A DNA stretch of 64,000 bases, from assembly GCA_043799565.1 (NCBI GenBank), contig JAZDNP010000013.1:5847-69846 (forward strand), written 5' to 3'. How positions within the stretch are numbered: the first letter of the stretch is position 1; the number at the start of each line of letters is the position of its first letter. The notes below the pieces were generated by a model. It was given only the letters and a program-made list of their open reading frames with translations. It had not been told where the DNA came from and did no database searches. Positions 7,048 through 15,531 of this stretch are shown in pieces. The translations under genes and the position numbers were made by a program. The stretch is from Candidatus Brennerbacteria bacterium. Lineage in GTDB: Bacteria > Patescibacteriota > Minisyncoccia > UBA6257 > GWB1-50-10.

Positions 7048-10000
7048 TTAAACCCTCCTTATCGCAAGCCACGCGGGCCAGTCGCCTATCTTCGTCTGGA
7101 GCTCCACATTATGCTTATGGACACGCCCGAATTCCACCGATTTTGCATTCACCTCGCGCATGAATTCCTTCTCCCGCGAACGGATAACATGGGTAAGCTC
7201 CGGCGGCACCTCGCAATAAACTGTAATAACGTCTTTGGGTGTAAGTTTCGCATCCTGACGCATTCCTTGCACCGTACGAGTGAGTTCGCGGAACCAGCCC
7301 TCTTCCAAAAGTTCATGCGTTATCTTTGTATCAAGCGTGGCGCTTTCTTTCACTTTCGGGTCCACTTTCACTGTTTTCACGTTTACCTCATCCGCAAGTA
7401 TGGAGAGTAGCTCTTTCTTTCCTTTCAACGCCGCTGATTTTACAACCATGAATGCGAGCGGCTGGCGCACTTTGATGCTTGCCTCGGCCCGCCTTGCAAG
7501 ACCCACCGACGCAAGTTGTCTTACTTCATCCATCGCCGCAGCCAGCTTTTTATTAATAAGCTTCTTGTCCGCTTTCGGCCACCATTCAAAATGCACGCTC
7601 TCCACCTCCCCTTTCTTATTGGGCACGAGCGATAGGTAAAGGGCTTCCGCAAAGAACGGAGTGAAGGGCGCCATAAGTTTGGTCAATTCCATAAGTGCAT
7701 ATCCGAGCGTGGCAGACGCGGCACGGTAATCTTTATCTCCGCCAGCCGACGGATCCGGCTTCTGAAGGCGCCGGCGCGAGCGCCTGATGTACCACCGCGA
7801 GAGATCGCCCGCGAACACTTCTATCGTACGCGCCGCGTCCCCCACTTCGTATGATTCAAGCGCCTTCGTTGCCGTATCTTTCGTTTCTTCCAAACGCGAA
7901 ATTATCCACTTGTCCAAAACGCCGTTTGCCGTGGGCCGCTTTCCTATTCCCGCATGTTTCTCCGCATACGTATCGTAGAAAAGATAGGAGTTGTAGACCA
8001 TCATCAAGAATTGGCGAAGTGTTTTCCCGATATCCGCTTCGTCAAATTTCTTCGGCTCGCCCGGCGGATTTACGGAGTAAAGGTACCAGCGCACCGCATC
8101 AATGCCGTATTTCTGTATCATCGCCCACGGATCCACCGTGTTCCCTTTTGACTTGCTCATCTTCTGCCCGTTCTTATCCAACACAAGTCCGAGTGAAATG
8201 ACGTTCTTGTACGAGCGCCCCTTGCCCATCAGCACACCTATCGCAAGAAGTGTATAAAACCATCCGCGCGTTTGGTCCACACCTTCACTGATGTAATCCG
8301 CCGGGTATTCTTTCTTTCCCGCCCCCGCAAACGGCATCGCGCCCGAATCGAACCACACGTCCAACACTTCGGGTATACGTTTCATCGTCCCTTTACACTT
8401 CGCGCATGCGAACGTGACGTCATCCACGTACGGGCGGTGGAGATCCGTTCGGCCTTCGGCGTCGCGCGGCAATGTGCCAGTTCGGACGTTATACCTCTCA
8501 CCTGTTTCCGGGTACACGAGTGAAAGTTGAGCTTCATCTGAAACTCCTTCCAGTGTTCCTTTTAATATCCAAAGTGGGTCCCCGTGGCTTACTACGATGA
8601 TGGTTTTCCTTTGATAGCGCTCGTCAATTGACTGGAACGCCTTCCACATCCGCGCGCGGACGTCATTCCACGTTTCCCCGCCGTGCGGATTTTTATCGAA
8701 CATCTCGTGCTCGCCGTTGAAAAGCTTGTAAAAGTCTTCCGTCGGCTTCCCTGCGACTTTTCCCCCGTCCATGTCCCGAAGGTCCGGCTCAACTGCGAGC
8801 GTACCGCCGAGGACTCCCTGTAGTATCTTCCCCGTTTCTTTGGCGCGCGCGAGATTTGAGGTCACAATATAATCCGGCTTCACTTTTTTCATCGCGAGCG
8901 CGGTGCGCCGCACAGCCACTTCACCTTTTTTGATGAGGTGTGAGGTGAACGCCTTGGTGTCTACCGCCGTTCCGCAAAGGCCGAGGACATTGTGGTCCGC
9001 TTCCCCATGCCGCACGAATATGAAAACATTCCGTCCTCCTGCTCGCTCCTGAACCTCTTCCATACTGCCCAAAACCTCCACATGGTCACATTTTTCGCAC
9101 TGCCAGATAGGCAAAGGCGTTCCCCAGTAGCGGGAACGTGAAATGGCCCAATCCTTAACTTCGCGGAGCCATTCACCGAAGCGACCATCGCGAAGATTTG
9201 CGGGAACCCATTTAATCTTCTTGTTCTCCGAAAGCAATTTTGCACGAAGCTTGGACATCGCGATGAACCATGAGTCACGCGCGTAGTAGAGGAGCGGCGT
9301 TTTACACCTCCAGCAGAAGGGGTACTCGTGCGAGTATTTCTCGGTCTTGAAAAGCAGGCCTTTCTTTTCCAAGTGTCCAAATATCTTCTTCTCGGTCTCA
9401 GACGATTTCACGTAGAGTCCCCAAAACCCTTTCACGTCCACGGTAAATTTCCCCGCCTCGTCCACCGTGTGGCGCGCAGGGAGCCCCACTTTCATGCCTA
9501 GTTGATAATCGTCCTCTCCGTACATCACCGCAGTGTGTACCACGCCCGTGCCGTCCTCCGTCGTCACAAAGTTCGCGGGGTACACCCTGTACGAGGTCTT
9601 TGACTTGAGCGAAGGAACATCAAAAAGCGGCTCATATTCTACACCGATCAAATCTTTCCCTTTCATTTCTCCCACAATCTCGTGCGGCTCGGGAATGACC
9701 GCGATACGTTCTTTTGCGAGAATATAAATCTCCTTCCCCCCCTTCACTTTTACGTACGTCGTTTTCTGGTTGATCGCGAGCGCGACATTGCCCGGCAACG
9801 TCCATGGTGTTGTGGTCCACGAGAGAATAAATGCTTTCAATTTTGGCGCGTAGAATTTCACATAAACCGACGTGTCTTCCACCGTCTCGTATCCAAGCGC
9901 AACTTCATGTGATGCGAGCGTAGTACCGCACCGCGTGCACCAATGCACCACCTTGTGGCCGCGGTAGAGAAGTTTTTTCTTCCATACCTCCTTCAATATC

Positions 10001-10479
10001 CCCCACACCGCCTCCATATAGCGGTTCTCATACGTGATGTACGGGTGGTCCATATCCAGCCAGAACCCCATCCGTTCGGTAAGCTTTTCCCACTCATCTT
10101 TGTATTTCCACACCGACTGCTTGCACTGCGCGTTAAAGGCCGCAATGCCGAACTTTTCAATCTCTTTTTTGGACTTCAGTCCCAGCGCCTTCTCCACTTC
10201 TATTTCCACCGGAAGCCCGTGGGTGTCCCACCCTCCGCGCCGCGGCACGTGGAAACCCTGCATCGTTTTGTACCGGAGCATGATGTCCTTGAACGAGCGC
10301 GCGAGTACATGGTGGAGACCCGGGCGGCCATTCGCGGTAGGAGGGCCTTCGTAGAACACGAACGGTTTTCTCTTCGCGGTCCGCGCCAAACTTTTCTTGA
10401 AAACATCGTTCGCCCGCCAGTACGCAAGTACCTTTTCTTCCACCGCGGGGAGCGAAAATTCCTTGAGATTGCGGAGCAT
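7048..10479 (-). CDS. ileS: Isoleucine--tRNA ligase (type 2) with inserted histidine phosphatase domain
   Basis: EGPPTANG.PGLHH, GWDTHGLP, WTTTPWTLP, DWAISR.RYWGTP, KMSKS; internal VRHGE...SHGD domain. Confidence 0.95.
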   Translation of the reverse strand: MLRNLKEFSLPAVEEKVLAYWRANDVFKKSLARTAKRKPFVFYEGPPTANGRPGLHHVLARSFKDIMLRYKTMQGFHVPRRGGWDTHGLPVEIEVEKALGLKSKKEIEKFGIAAFNAQCKQSVWKYKDEWEKLTERMGFWLDMDHPYITYENRYMEAVWGILKEVWKKKLLYRGHKVVHWCTRCGTTLASHEVALGYETVEDTSVYVKFYAPKLKAFILSWTTTPWTLPGNVALAINQKTTYVKVKGGKEIYILAKERIAVIPEPHEIVGEMKGKDLIGVEYEPLFDVPSLKSKTSYRVYPANFVTTEDGTGVVHTAVMYGEDDYQLGMKVGLPARHTVDEAGKFTVDVKGFWGLYVKSSETEKKIFGHLEKKGLLFKTEKYSHEYPFCWRCKTPLLYYARDSWFIAMSKLRAKLLSENKKIKWVPANLRDGRFGEWLREVKDWAISRSRYWGTPLPIWQCEKCDHVEVLGSMEEVQERAGGRNVFIFVRHGEADHNVLGLCGTAVDTKAFTSHLIKKGEVAVRRTALAMKKVKPDYIVTSNLARAKETGKILQGVLGGTLAVEPDLRDMDGGKVAGKPTEDFYKLFNGEHEMFDKNPHGGETWNDVRARMWKAFQSIDERYQRKTIIVVSHGDPLWILKGTLEGVSDEAQLSLVYPETGERYNVRTGTLPRDAEGRTDLHRPYVDDVTFACAKCKGTMKRIPEVLDVWFDSGAMPFAGAGKKEYPADYISEGVDQTRGWFYTLLAIGVLMGKGRSYKNVISLGLVLDKNGQKMSKSKGNTVDPWAMIQKYGIDAVRWYLYSVNPPGEPKKFDEADIGKTLRQFLMMVYNSYLFYDTYAEKHAGIGKRPTANGVLDKWIISRLEETKDTATKALESYEVGDAARTIEVFAGDLSRWYIRRSRRRLQKPDPSAGGDKDYRAASATLGYALMELTKLMAPFTPFFAEALYLSLVPNKKGEVESVHFEWWPKADKKLINKKLAAAMDEVRQLASVGLARRAEASIKVRQPLAFMVVKSAALKGKKELLSILADEVNVKTVKVDPKVKESATLDTKITHELLEEGWFRELTRTVQGMRQDAKLTPKDVITVYCEVPPELTHVIRSREKEFMREVNAKSVEFGRVHKHNVELQTKIGDWPAWLAIRRV

Positions 10480-10531
10480 GATTTAATCCAATTGTAGCGA
10501 GAATTGCGCTTCCTTGCTACTATTTTTCTAT

Positions 10532-11464
10532 ATGGAAACGGCGGGGCTTTCGGTGGCTCTCATCATTCTCTTCTATCTCCTCGGCAAGTCCGCGGACCTT
10601 ATCATCACGAACGTCCGCCGCCTCGGCGAGGCATTGGGGGTGAAAATCTTTGCGTTCGGCATCATTCTCGGCTTCCTTACCTCGTTTCCGGAAATTGCCG
10701 TCGGCATAAACTCGCTTCTTTTGGACGTCCGCGCAATTTCGTTCGGCAATCTCCTGGGAGGCGTTCTCGTAACCTTCGGCCTCATCCTCGGCGCTTCGGC
10801 GATATTGAACCGCTCCATTCAAACCGGCGCGAAGGCGGGAAGTTTTCTCCCCATCGTCATCTTCATCATGGCTCCCCTCCTCTTGGGACTTGATGGCTTC
10901 TTGAGCCGCTTGGATGGCTTCGTGCTCGTCGTAGGATATGCACTGGTGCTCTGGTACCTCCTCGTGCGCGGGCCGCACGAGAAGTTCGAACGCCACGACA
11001 CTATCCGCGGTCTTGCGGAAAAAATACTTTTCATTCTTGTCGGCCTCGGCGCGGTGCTCGTGCTCTCCCACTTCATCATTGATGTCACGTTGCTTCTCAC
11101 AAAAGATTTCGGCATCTCTCCGTTCGTTATCGGCGTGATACTCTTCGGCATCGGCACCAATCTTCCGGAAATCATCGTCGCGTTCCGTGCGTGGAGGCGA
11201 AACGTGGAAGAGCTTTCGCTTTCCAATCTCATCGGGTCAACCATCGCGAACCCCGCGATCGTAGGCATCTTTGCGCTCGTCAAACCCTTCGGCACGGAAG
11301 TGGGCCCCTCCTACTACCTTATTCTCGTGTTCACGCTCGCACTTCTCGCAGTCCTGAACCGCTTCTACGAGACGGACAAAAAACTCACGCGCCTAGAAGG
11401 CGTCGTGCTCGTTGCATTCTATTTTATTTTCGTGGCGTTCGAAGTGGCCTTGTTCAGCCTCTAG
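10532..11464 (+). CDS. Sodium:calcium antiporter (CaCA family)
   Basis: Two alpha repeats (TSFPE, GTNLPE), GN..G motifs, about 10 TM segments; ATG start chosen at 10532. Confidence 0.9.
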   Translation: METAGLSVALIILFYLLGKSADLIITNVRRLGEALGVKIFAFGIILGFLTSFPEIAVGINSLLLDVRAISFGNLLGGVLVTFGLILGASAILNRSIQTGAKAGSFLPIVIFIMAPLLLGLDGFLSRLDGFVLVVGYALVLWYLLVRGPHEKFERHDTIRGLAEKILFILVGLGAVLVLSHFIIDVTLLLTKDFGISPFVIGVILFGIGTNLPEIIVAFRAWRRNVEELSLSNLIGSTIANPAIVGIFALVKPFGTEVGPSYYLILVFTLALLAVLNRFYETDKKLTRLEGVVLVAFYFIFVAFEVALFSL

Positions 11465-11563
11465 CTCTAGCGCTCCAGCTTGTACCTATCGCGAGCCTCA
11501 ATTTTCCGCATATGTTAAAAATTGAGGCGGGGTGAGTCGACCGTATTTTCTCTTCCGAGATGA

Positions 11564-13165
11564 TTACATCTTGGAAGGAGCGGAGATGCCGAGAATGCGG
11601 AAAAGATTTTCAAACACGATGATGCTCCCTTTGACGAGCGCGAGACGTGCAGCGGCGAGCGCGGGGGCTTCTCCTACCACGTGCTCCCTTTCGTAGAAGT
11701 TGTGGAAGGTACGGGCGAGCGTTGACGTGTATTGCGTCAAGCGGTGCACGGCGTAGTCGCTCGCGGCGTCCGAAAGGACCTCGGGGAAGCGTGAGAGCGC
11801 AAAAAGGAGCGCCGCGTCTGCGGGCGTATTCAAGAGCGAGAGGTTGGGTTTCCCTTTTATGTTCTTAGCCTTCACAACCACTGCCTTGGCGCGCACATAG
11901 GCGTATTGGGCATAGTAGACCGGGTTCTTGTTGGAGCGTTCCTTCGCGAGGTCCAGGTTGAAGTCCATATGCGACTCGGGCGCCACGGAGAGGAAGAAGA
12001 AGCGCGCGGCGTCCGCGCCTACTTCCTCCACCACCTCTTCAAACGTCACGAAGTTCCCCTTCCGCTTGGACATTTTCACCTCTTGCCCGCCTCTTAGAAG
12101 GCGGACCGCCTGCGTTATGAGCACGCGGGAGCTCGGGAGGCCTACGAGCTTCGCCGCGGCCTGTATGCGGGCCACGTAGCCGTAGTGGTCGGGGCCCAGG
12201 ATATTTATCTTCGCCTTGAACCCGCGCATCTTCGTCTCAAGGTAGTGGCCGGCATCCGCAAGAAAATAAGTAGGAAATCCACTTTTCGTGATGAGCACAC
12301 GGTCTTTGTCGTCGCCTTCCGCGGTCGTTTTGAGCCACACCCCGCCGTCTTTTTCGTAGACCGCCTTCTTTTTCTTGAACACCGCGAGCGCTTTTTTCGC
12401 GTACCCTTTCGCGTGTATGTTTTTCTCCGACGTGTACCTGTCGAATTTGATGTGCGCTTCTTTTTCCAATGCGCGCTGTATGAGTTTCAGGAAATCCTTC
12501 GCGGCGCGTTCGCCGAGCTTCGCCGGGTCCGCGCGAAGCTTCTTTACGTCCGTTTTATGTTTCGCGGCCCATTCGGAAATATATTCACCTTGGTATAAAT
12601 TTTCATTCTCTGGGCCTTGGGCGACCGTGGAACGGTTTAGCCCGGCGAGAAGCGATTTTCCGAGCGTGAATATCTGGTTCCCTGTGTCGTTCACGTAGTA
12701 TTCGCGCTCCACCGATGCGCCTGCGGCTTGAAGTATGTTCGCAAGCACATCGCCCAAGAATCCGCCGCGGCCGTTCGCGAGCGTGAGAGGTCCGGTGGGA
12801 TTTGCGGAAACAAACTCCACTTGAATTTTCTCACCCTTCCGCGCTTTGGAAGCGCCGTATTTTTTCTTCGCCTTCGCGATAGCGTTCAATTCCTCATGGA
12901 GCGCTTCGGGCGTGAGAAAAAAGTTTATGAAGCCCGGCGCCGCGGCGCGTGCCTCACGGATAACGTCGGACTTAATGGCGGACGCAATCCGCTCCGCAAT
13001 CGCCATCGGCGACTTCCCTTCCTGTTTCGCCAAAGCAAAAGCCACGTTCGTGGCGTAGTGGCCAAATTTGGGGTCTTCAGGAATGGAGAGCGCTACCGCC
13101 ACGTCCTTCGGGACGTGTTTTTCGATGGTTTGGAGAACTTGGTCGCGTATCATTTTACTTGCCAT
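11564..13165 (-). CDS. argS: Arginine--tRNA ligase
   Basis: FGHYATN, PGFINF, VEFVSANPTGP, EYYVND.G.Q, KMSKRKG, NPVYY.QYA; start codon uncertain (13153-13195). Confidence 0.95.
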   Translation of the reverse strand: MASKMIRDQVLQTIEKHVPKDVAVALSIPEDPKFGHYATNVAFALAKQEGKSPMAIAERIASAIKSDVIREARAAAPGFINFFLTPEALHEELNAIAKAKKKYGASKARKGEKIQVEFVSANPTGPLTLANGRGGFLGDVLANILQAAGASVEREYYVNDTGNQIFTLGKSLLAGLNRSTVAQGPENENLYQGEYISEWAAKHKTDVKKLRADPAKLGERAAKDFLKLIQRALEKEAHIKFDRYTSEKNIHAKGYAKKALAVFKKKKAVYEKDGGVWLKTTAEGDDKDRVLITKSGFPTYFLADAGHYLETKMRGFKAKINILGPDHYGYVARIQAAAKLVGLPSSRVLITQAVRLLRGGQEVKMSKRKGNFVTFEEVVEEVGADAARFFFLSVAPESHMDFNLDLAKERSNKNPVYYAQYAYVRAKAVVVKAKNIKGKPNLSLLNTPADAALLFALSRFPEVLSDAASDYAVHRLTQYTSTLARTFHNFYEREHVVGEAPALAAARLALVKGSIIVFENLFRILGISAPSKM

Positions 13166-13225
13166 TTCCTTCTTTTTCCATTGTACACCTAACACAGTAA
13201 ATGCTCGTGGGCTAGGACAAAACTA

Positions 13226-13250
13226 AAAACGCCGCTTTCAGCGGCGTTTT
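13226..13250 (-). terminator. Hairpin terminator downstream of the inverted tmRNA 3' copy
   Basis: AAAACGCCGC-TTTCA-GCGGCGTTTT. Confidence 0.75.
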
Positions 13251-13253
13251 CGC

Positions 13254-13276
13254 TGGTGGACATGTCGGAGGCGAAC
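13254..13276 (-). repeat. Inverted copy of the tmRNA 3' end (att-like site)
   Basis: Minus strand GTTCGCCTCC-GACATGTCCACCA versus tmRNA end GTTCAACTCCGGACATGTCCACCA; 13 nt exact (13254-13266 vs 14454-14466). Confidence 0.85.
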
Positions 13277-13395
13277 GTCGCTCGCTGCCCTAGCTCCCTT
13301 GCCTTATGGCTGAAATCGTGGTCATATTACTGAAGGAATGGTGGCTGATTTAAAATTGTCTACTCACAAAACCCGACTGAAAGGAGGGACGACCC

Positions 13396-13611
13396 GTGAG
13401 TACCGGCTTGAATCCTGGACAAAATTGTCCTTATTGTGGGGCGAGAATCCCCGAGAACATGTTCGCCAAGCGCCACAGCTGCTCTGCGCTCGAAGAAATG
13501 GGCGATGGATCAGAGAGTAGGCGTGCCGCAGAAAAGAAGCGTCGGGAACGTGAAGACAACAAACCCGGCGGGTACGGCTTGGGGAGTTTCCTACGCGATC
13601 TCTTCAGCTGA
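13396..13611 (+). CDS. Small hypothetical protein with possible zinc finger
   Basis: SD AAGGAGG before GTG; CPYC-x12-HSC; followed by terminator hairpin at about 13633-13666. Confidence 0.6.
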   Translation: MSTGLNPGQNCPYCGARIPENMFAKRHSCSALEEMGDGSESRRAAEKKRREREDNKPGGYGLGSFLRDLFS

Positions 13612-13708
13612 AGTATGCTTTCCTTGTTTCACAAGAGCCTATGAGTCAAACTCATGGGCCTTTTTTCGCTCGCGCTGATTTTAGTCACTGTGATACTCTG
13701 AAATTGAT

Positions 13709-14146
13709 ATGGCAACGCTATCGGAAAATAGGCAGGCACGGTTTGACTACGATATACAAGAAACGTATACCGCGGGCGTGGTTTTGACGGGCCACGAGGT
13801 GAAGTCCGCGAAGCTCGGGCGGATGGACCTCGCGGGGGCCAAGGCCATCATCCGGGGCGGGGAGGCGTACCTCGTGGGGGCCTCTATTCACTCATTCCAG
13901 CCCGGGAACGCGCCACAGGGGTACGATGAGGCCCGGACGCGGAAACTGCTCCTCTCGCATGCCGAAATCGCTTACTTGACGGGGAAATTGGAAAGTGGTT
14001 TGACGCTAATTCCCTTGAAGGTGTATACTCACCGCGCGCTTGTGAAAATAGAACTGGGGCTCGGGAAAGTGAGAAAGAAGCACGACAAGCGCGAGGTCAT
14101 TAAAAAGCGTGACGTGGAGCGAGAGCTTCGCCGCGCACATAGCTGA
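13709..14146 (+). CDS. smpB: SsrA-binding protein SmpB
   Basis: NR.ARFDY, AG.VL.G.EVKS, RTRKLLL, K.HDKR; immediately upstream of tmRNA. Confidence 0.97.
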   Translation: MATLSENRQARFDYDIQETYTAGVVLTGHEVKSAKLGRMDLAGAKAIIRGGEAYLVGASIHSFQPGNAPQGYDEARTRKLLLSHAEIAYLTGKLESGLTLIPLKVYTHRALVKIELGLGKVRKKHDKREVIKKRDVERELRRAHS

Positions 14147-14147
14147 C

Positions 14148-14466
14148 GGGCATGACGGGCCTTGTTAGCGCGTGAAGTAGAGAGCTTGCAGGCCGAGCCG
14201 ACCATTCGCTCGTAAATCCATGGTCAAACCTAAAACTGCCAACGACAACGTTGCAGCTCCCGCTTACGCTTTCGCGTAAGTAGGACATCGGTTCCCGACG
14301 CCTCATAGGGGTTCACCGGTGTAATAAATGAGGCTCGCCTTCGGTGAGACGGTTCAGTAGCCGAAGGCCAAATTACGAACCATTCGTTCTCGTAAGAGAA
14401 ATAAGCTTGTAGAGGGCTTTTTACCGAAAGCGTTACACTCCGGTTCAACTCCGGACATGTCCACCA
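14148..14466 (+). ncRNA. ssrA: tmRNA, tag peptide ANDNVAAPAYAFA* (14238-14279)
   Basis: Acceptor GGGCATG/CATGTCC-ACCA with G3.U70, T-arm TCCGG-TTCAACT-CCGGA, resume context AAAACT-GCC. Confidence 0.95.
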
Positions 14467-14470
14467 AAAA

Positions 14471-14496
14471 CAAAACCGCCTCTTTGGGCGGTTTTG
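14471..14496 (+). terminator. tmRNA terminator
   Basis: CAAAACCGCC-TCTTTG-GGCGGTTTTG. Confidence 0.8.
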
Positions 14497-14564
14497 CACT
14501 TGCGCACTTCCCTCTTCTCCGCTAGAACGAGGGGAGAACTACTCAAACAACTAAAGAGGTGTGC

Positions 14565-15096
14565 AATGAATGCTGCCGACATTATCACGGAGAAAAAGCT
14601 GACCCCACGCGGTGTGTGGCTCCTCGCCCTTGCGGCCACCATGCTCAACAAGTTGAGACCGGAAGGTGTCCTTAATGAGGACGAGCTGGGAGACCTGGGA
14701 AAGGTGCAGGACCTTCTCCAGACCCTTATCTCCCTTGCACACGTGAAAGAGGGTAAGGAGCATGAGCTCGGAGGTAACGGCCAAGCTTTGGCCGATTCTT
14801 TGTGGCTCCTCGAGCCACTTGAGAAAGCGCTCCAATCCAGTCATGCCCCGGAGTCCACGAACGACCACGGGTCACATTTTCTTGAGCTCCTCTCCCGCAA
14901 GTTTGCGGCCGTCACCGAAGCCGCCGAGCATGGAAAGGCGGTGGTGCAAGAAGACCTGATACAGATCATGGACTTCTTCATCGATCTCGCGAATGAACTG
15001 CAGTCTTTTTCTATAAAGAGTAATGAAGAGGCGGCGGCGGAAGAAGGCCTAATACAGATCAGGAAACTCTTCGTCTGTCCCCCGAATGAACTGTAG
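14565..15096 (+). CDS. Hypothetical helical protein with duplicated C-terminus
   Basis: GAGG SD before ATG near 14565; terminator hairpin about 15123-15149. Confidence 0.6.
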
Positions 15097-15113
15097 TCTT
15101 TTTCTATGAAGAG
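14948..15113 (+). repeat. Imperfect direct repeat, two 73-nt copies, 93-nt period
   Basis: 14948-15020 and 15041-15113 align without gaps, 13 mismatches by hand count. Confidence 0.9.
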
Positions 15114-15183
15114 CGGATGACCAAAGAGCCCGATTTATGGGCTCTTTTATTTCGCCACCACCAACCCCCCACCACAAACATGA

Positions 15184-15352
15184 GGAATAAGTTTCTGCGA
15201 GCGAATATGGCCGGAGCGGGCGAGAAAATCGTGAGCGAACCGCGTCCCGAGCCAGGACCCCCGCCGACCAGGCGAGTAAGGGTGGCGAGGAGCGAGAGAG
15301 CGAACTTGGATTTTCGCGTGCGAAGGTTTTTGAGCGCGCAGATACTCGTTCC
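15184..15352. mobile_element. Candidate miniature inverted-repeat structured element
   Basis: GGAATAAGTTTCTGCG / CGCAGATACTCGTTCC imperfect terminal IR; inner GAAAATC/GATTTTC; several GAGCG motifs. Confidence 0.45.
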
Positions 15353-15399
15353 GAAACTTATCCACAGTAGCCGTGAAAGTCGGATGCTATACTAATGTT

Positions 15400-15530
15400 G
15401 TTCCTTACCAAAGCAATACCGTCCACCGAGTGCTTACAAACACTCGTTTAACTGCAACCCGCAAGGTTGCACAAATGAAACTGTTCATCATGAAGAGGCG
15501 CACCGTTCTACGGAGCGCCTTTTTCTTTTT
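15400..15530 (+). ncRNA. Candidate small RNA with tandem hairpins
   Basis: Extended -10 TGCTATACT (15385-15393), three hairpins, terminator AGGCGC...GCGCCT plus T tract. Confidence 0.5.
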
Positions 15531-15531
15531 C

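Noticed and set aside
11495-11530. Hairpin GCCTCAATTTT/AAAATTGAGGC as an ncRNA
   Set aside because: Lies between convergent genes and is adequately explained as a terminator-like structure
14948-15113. Diversity-generating retroelement template/variable repeat pair
   Set aside because: Mismatches are not adenine specific and no reverse transcriptase is present in the window
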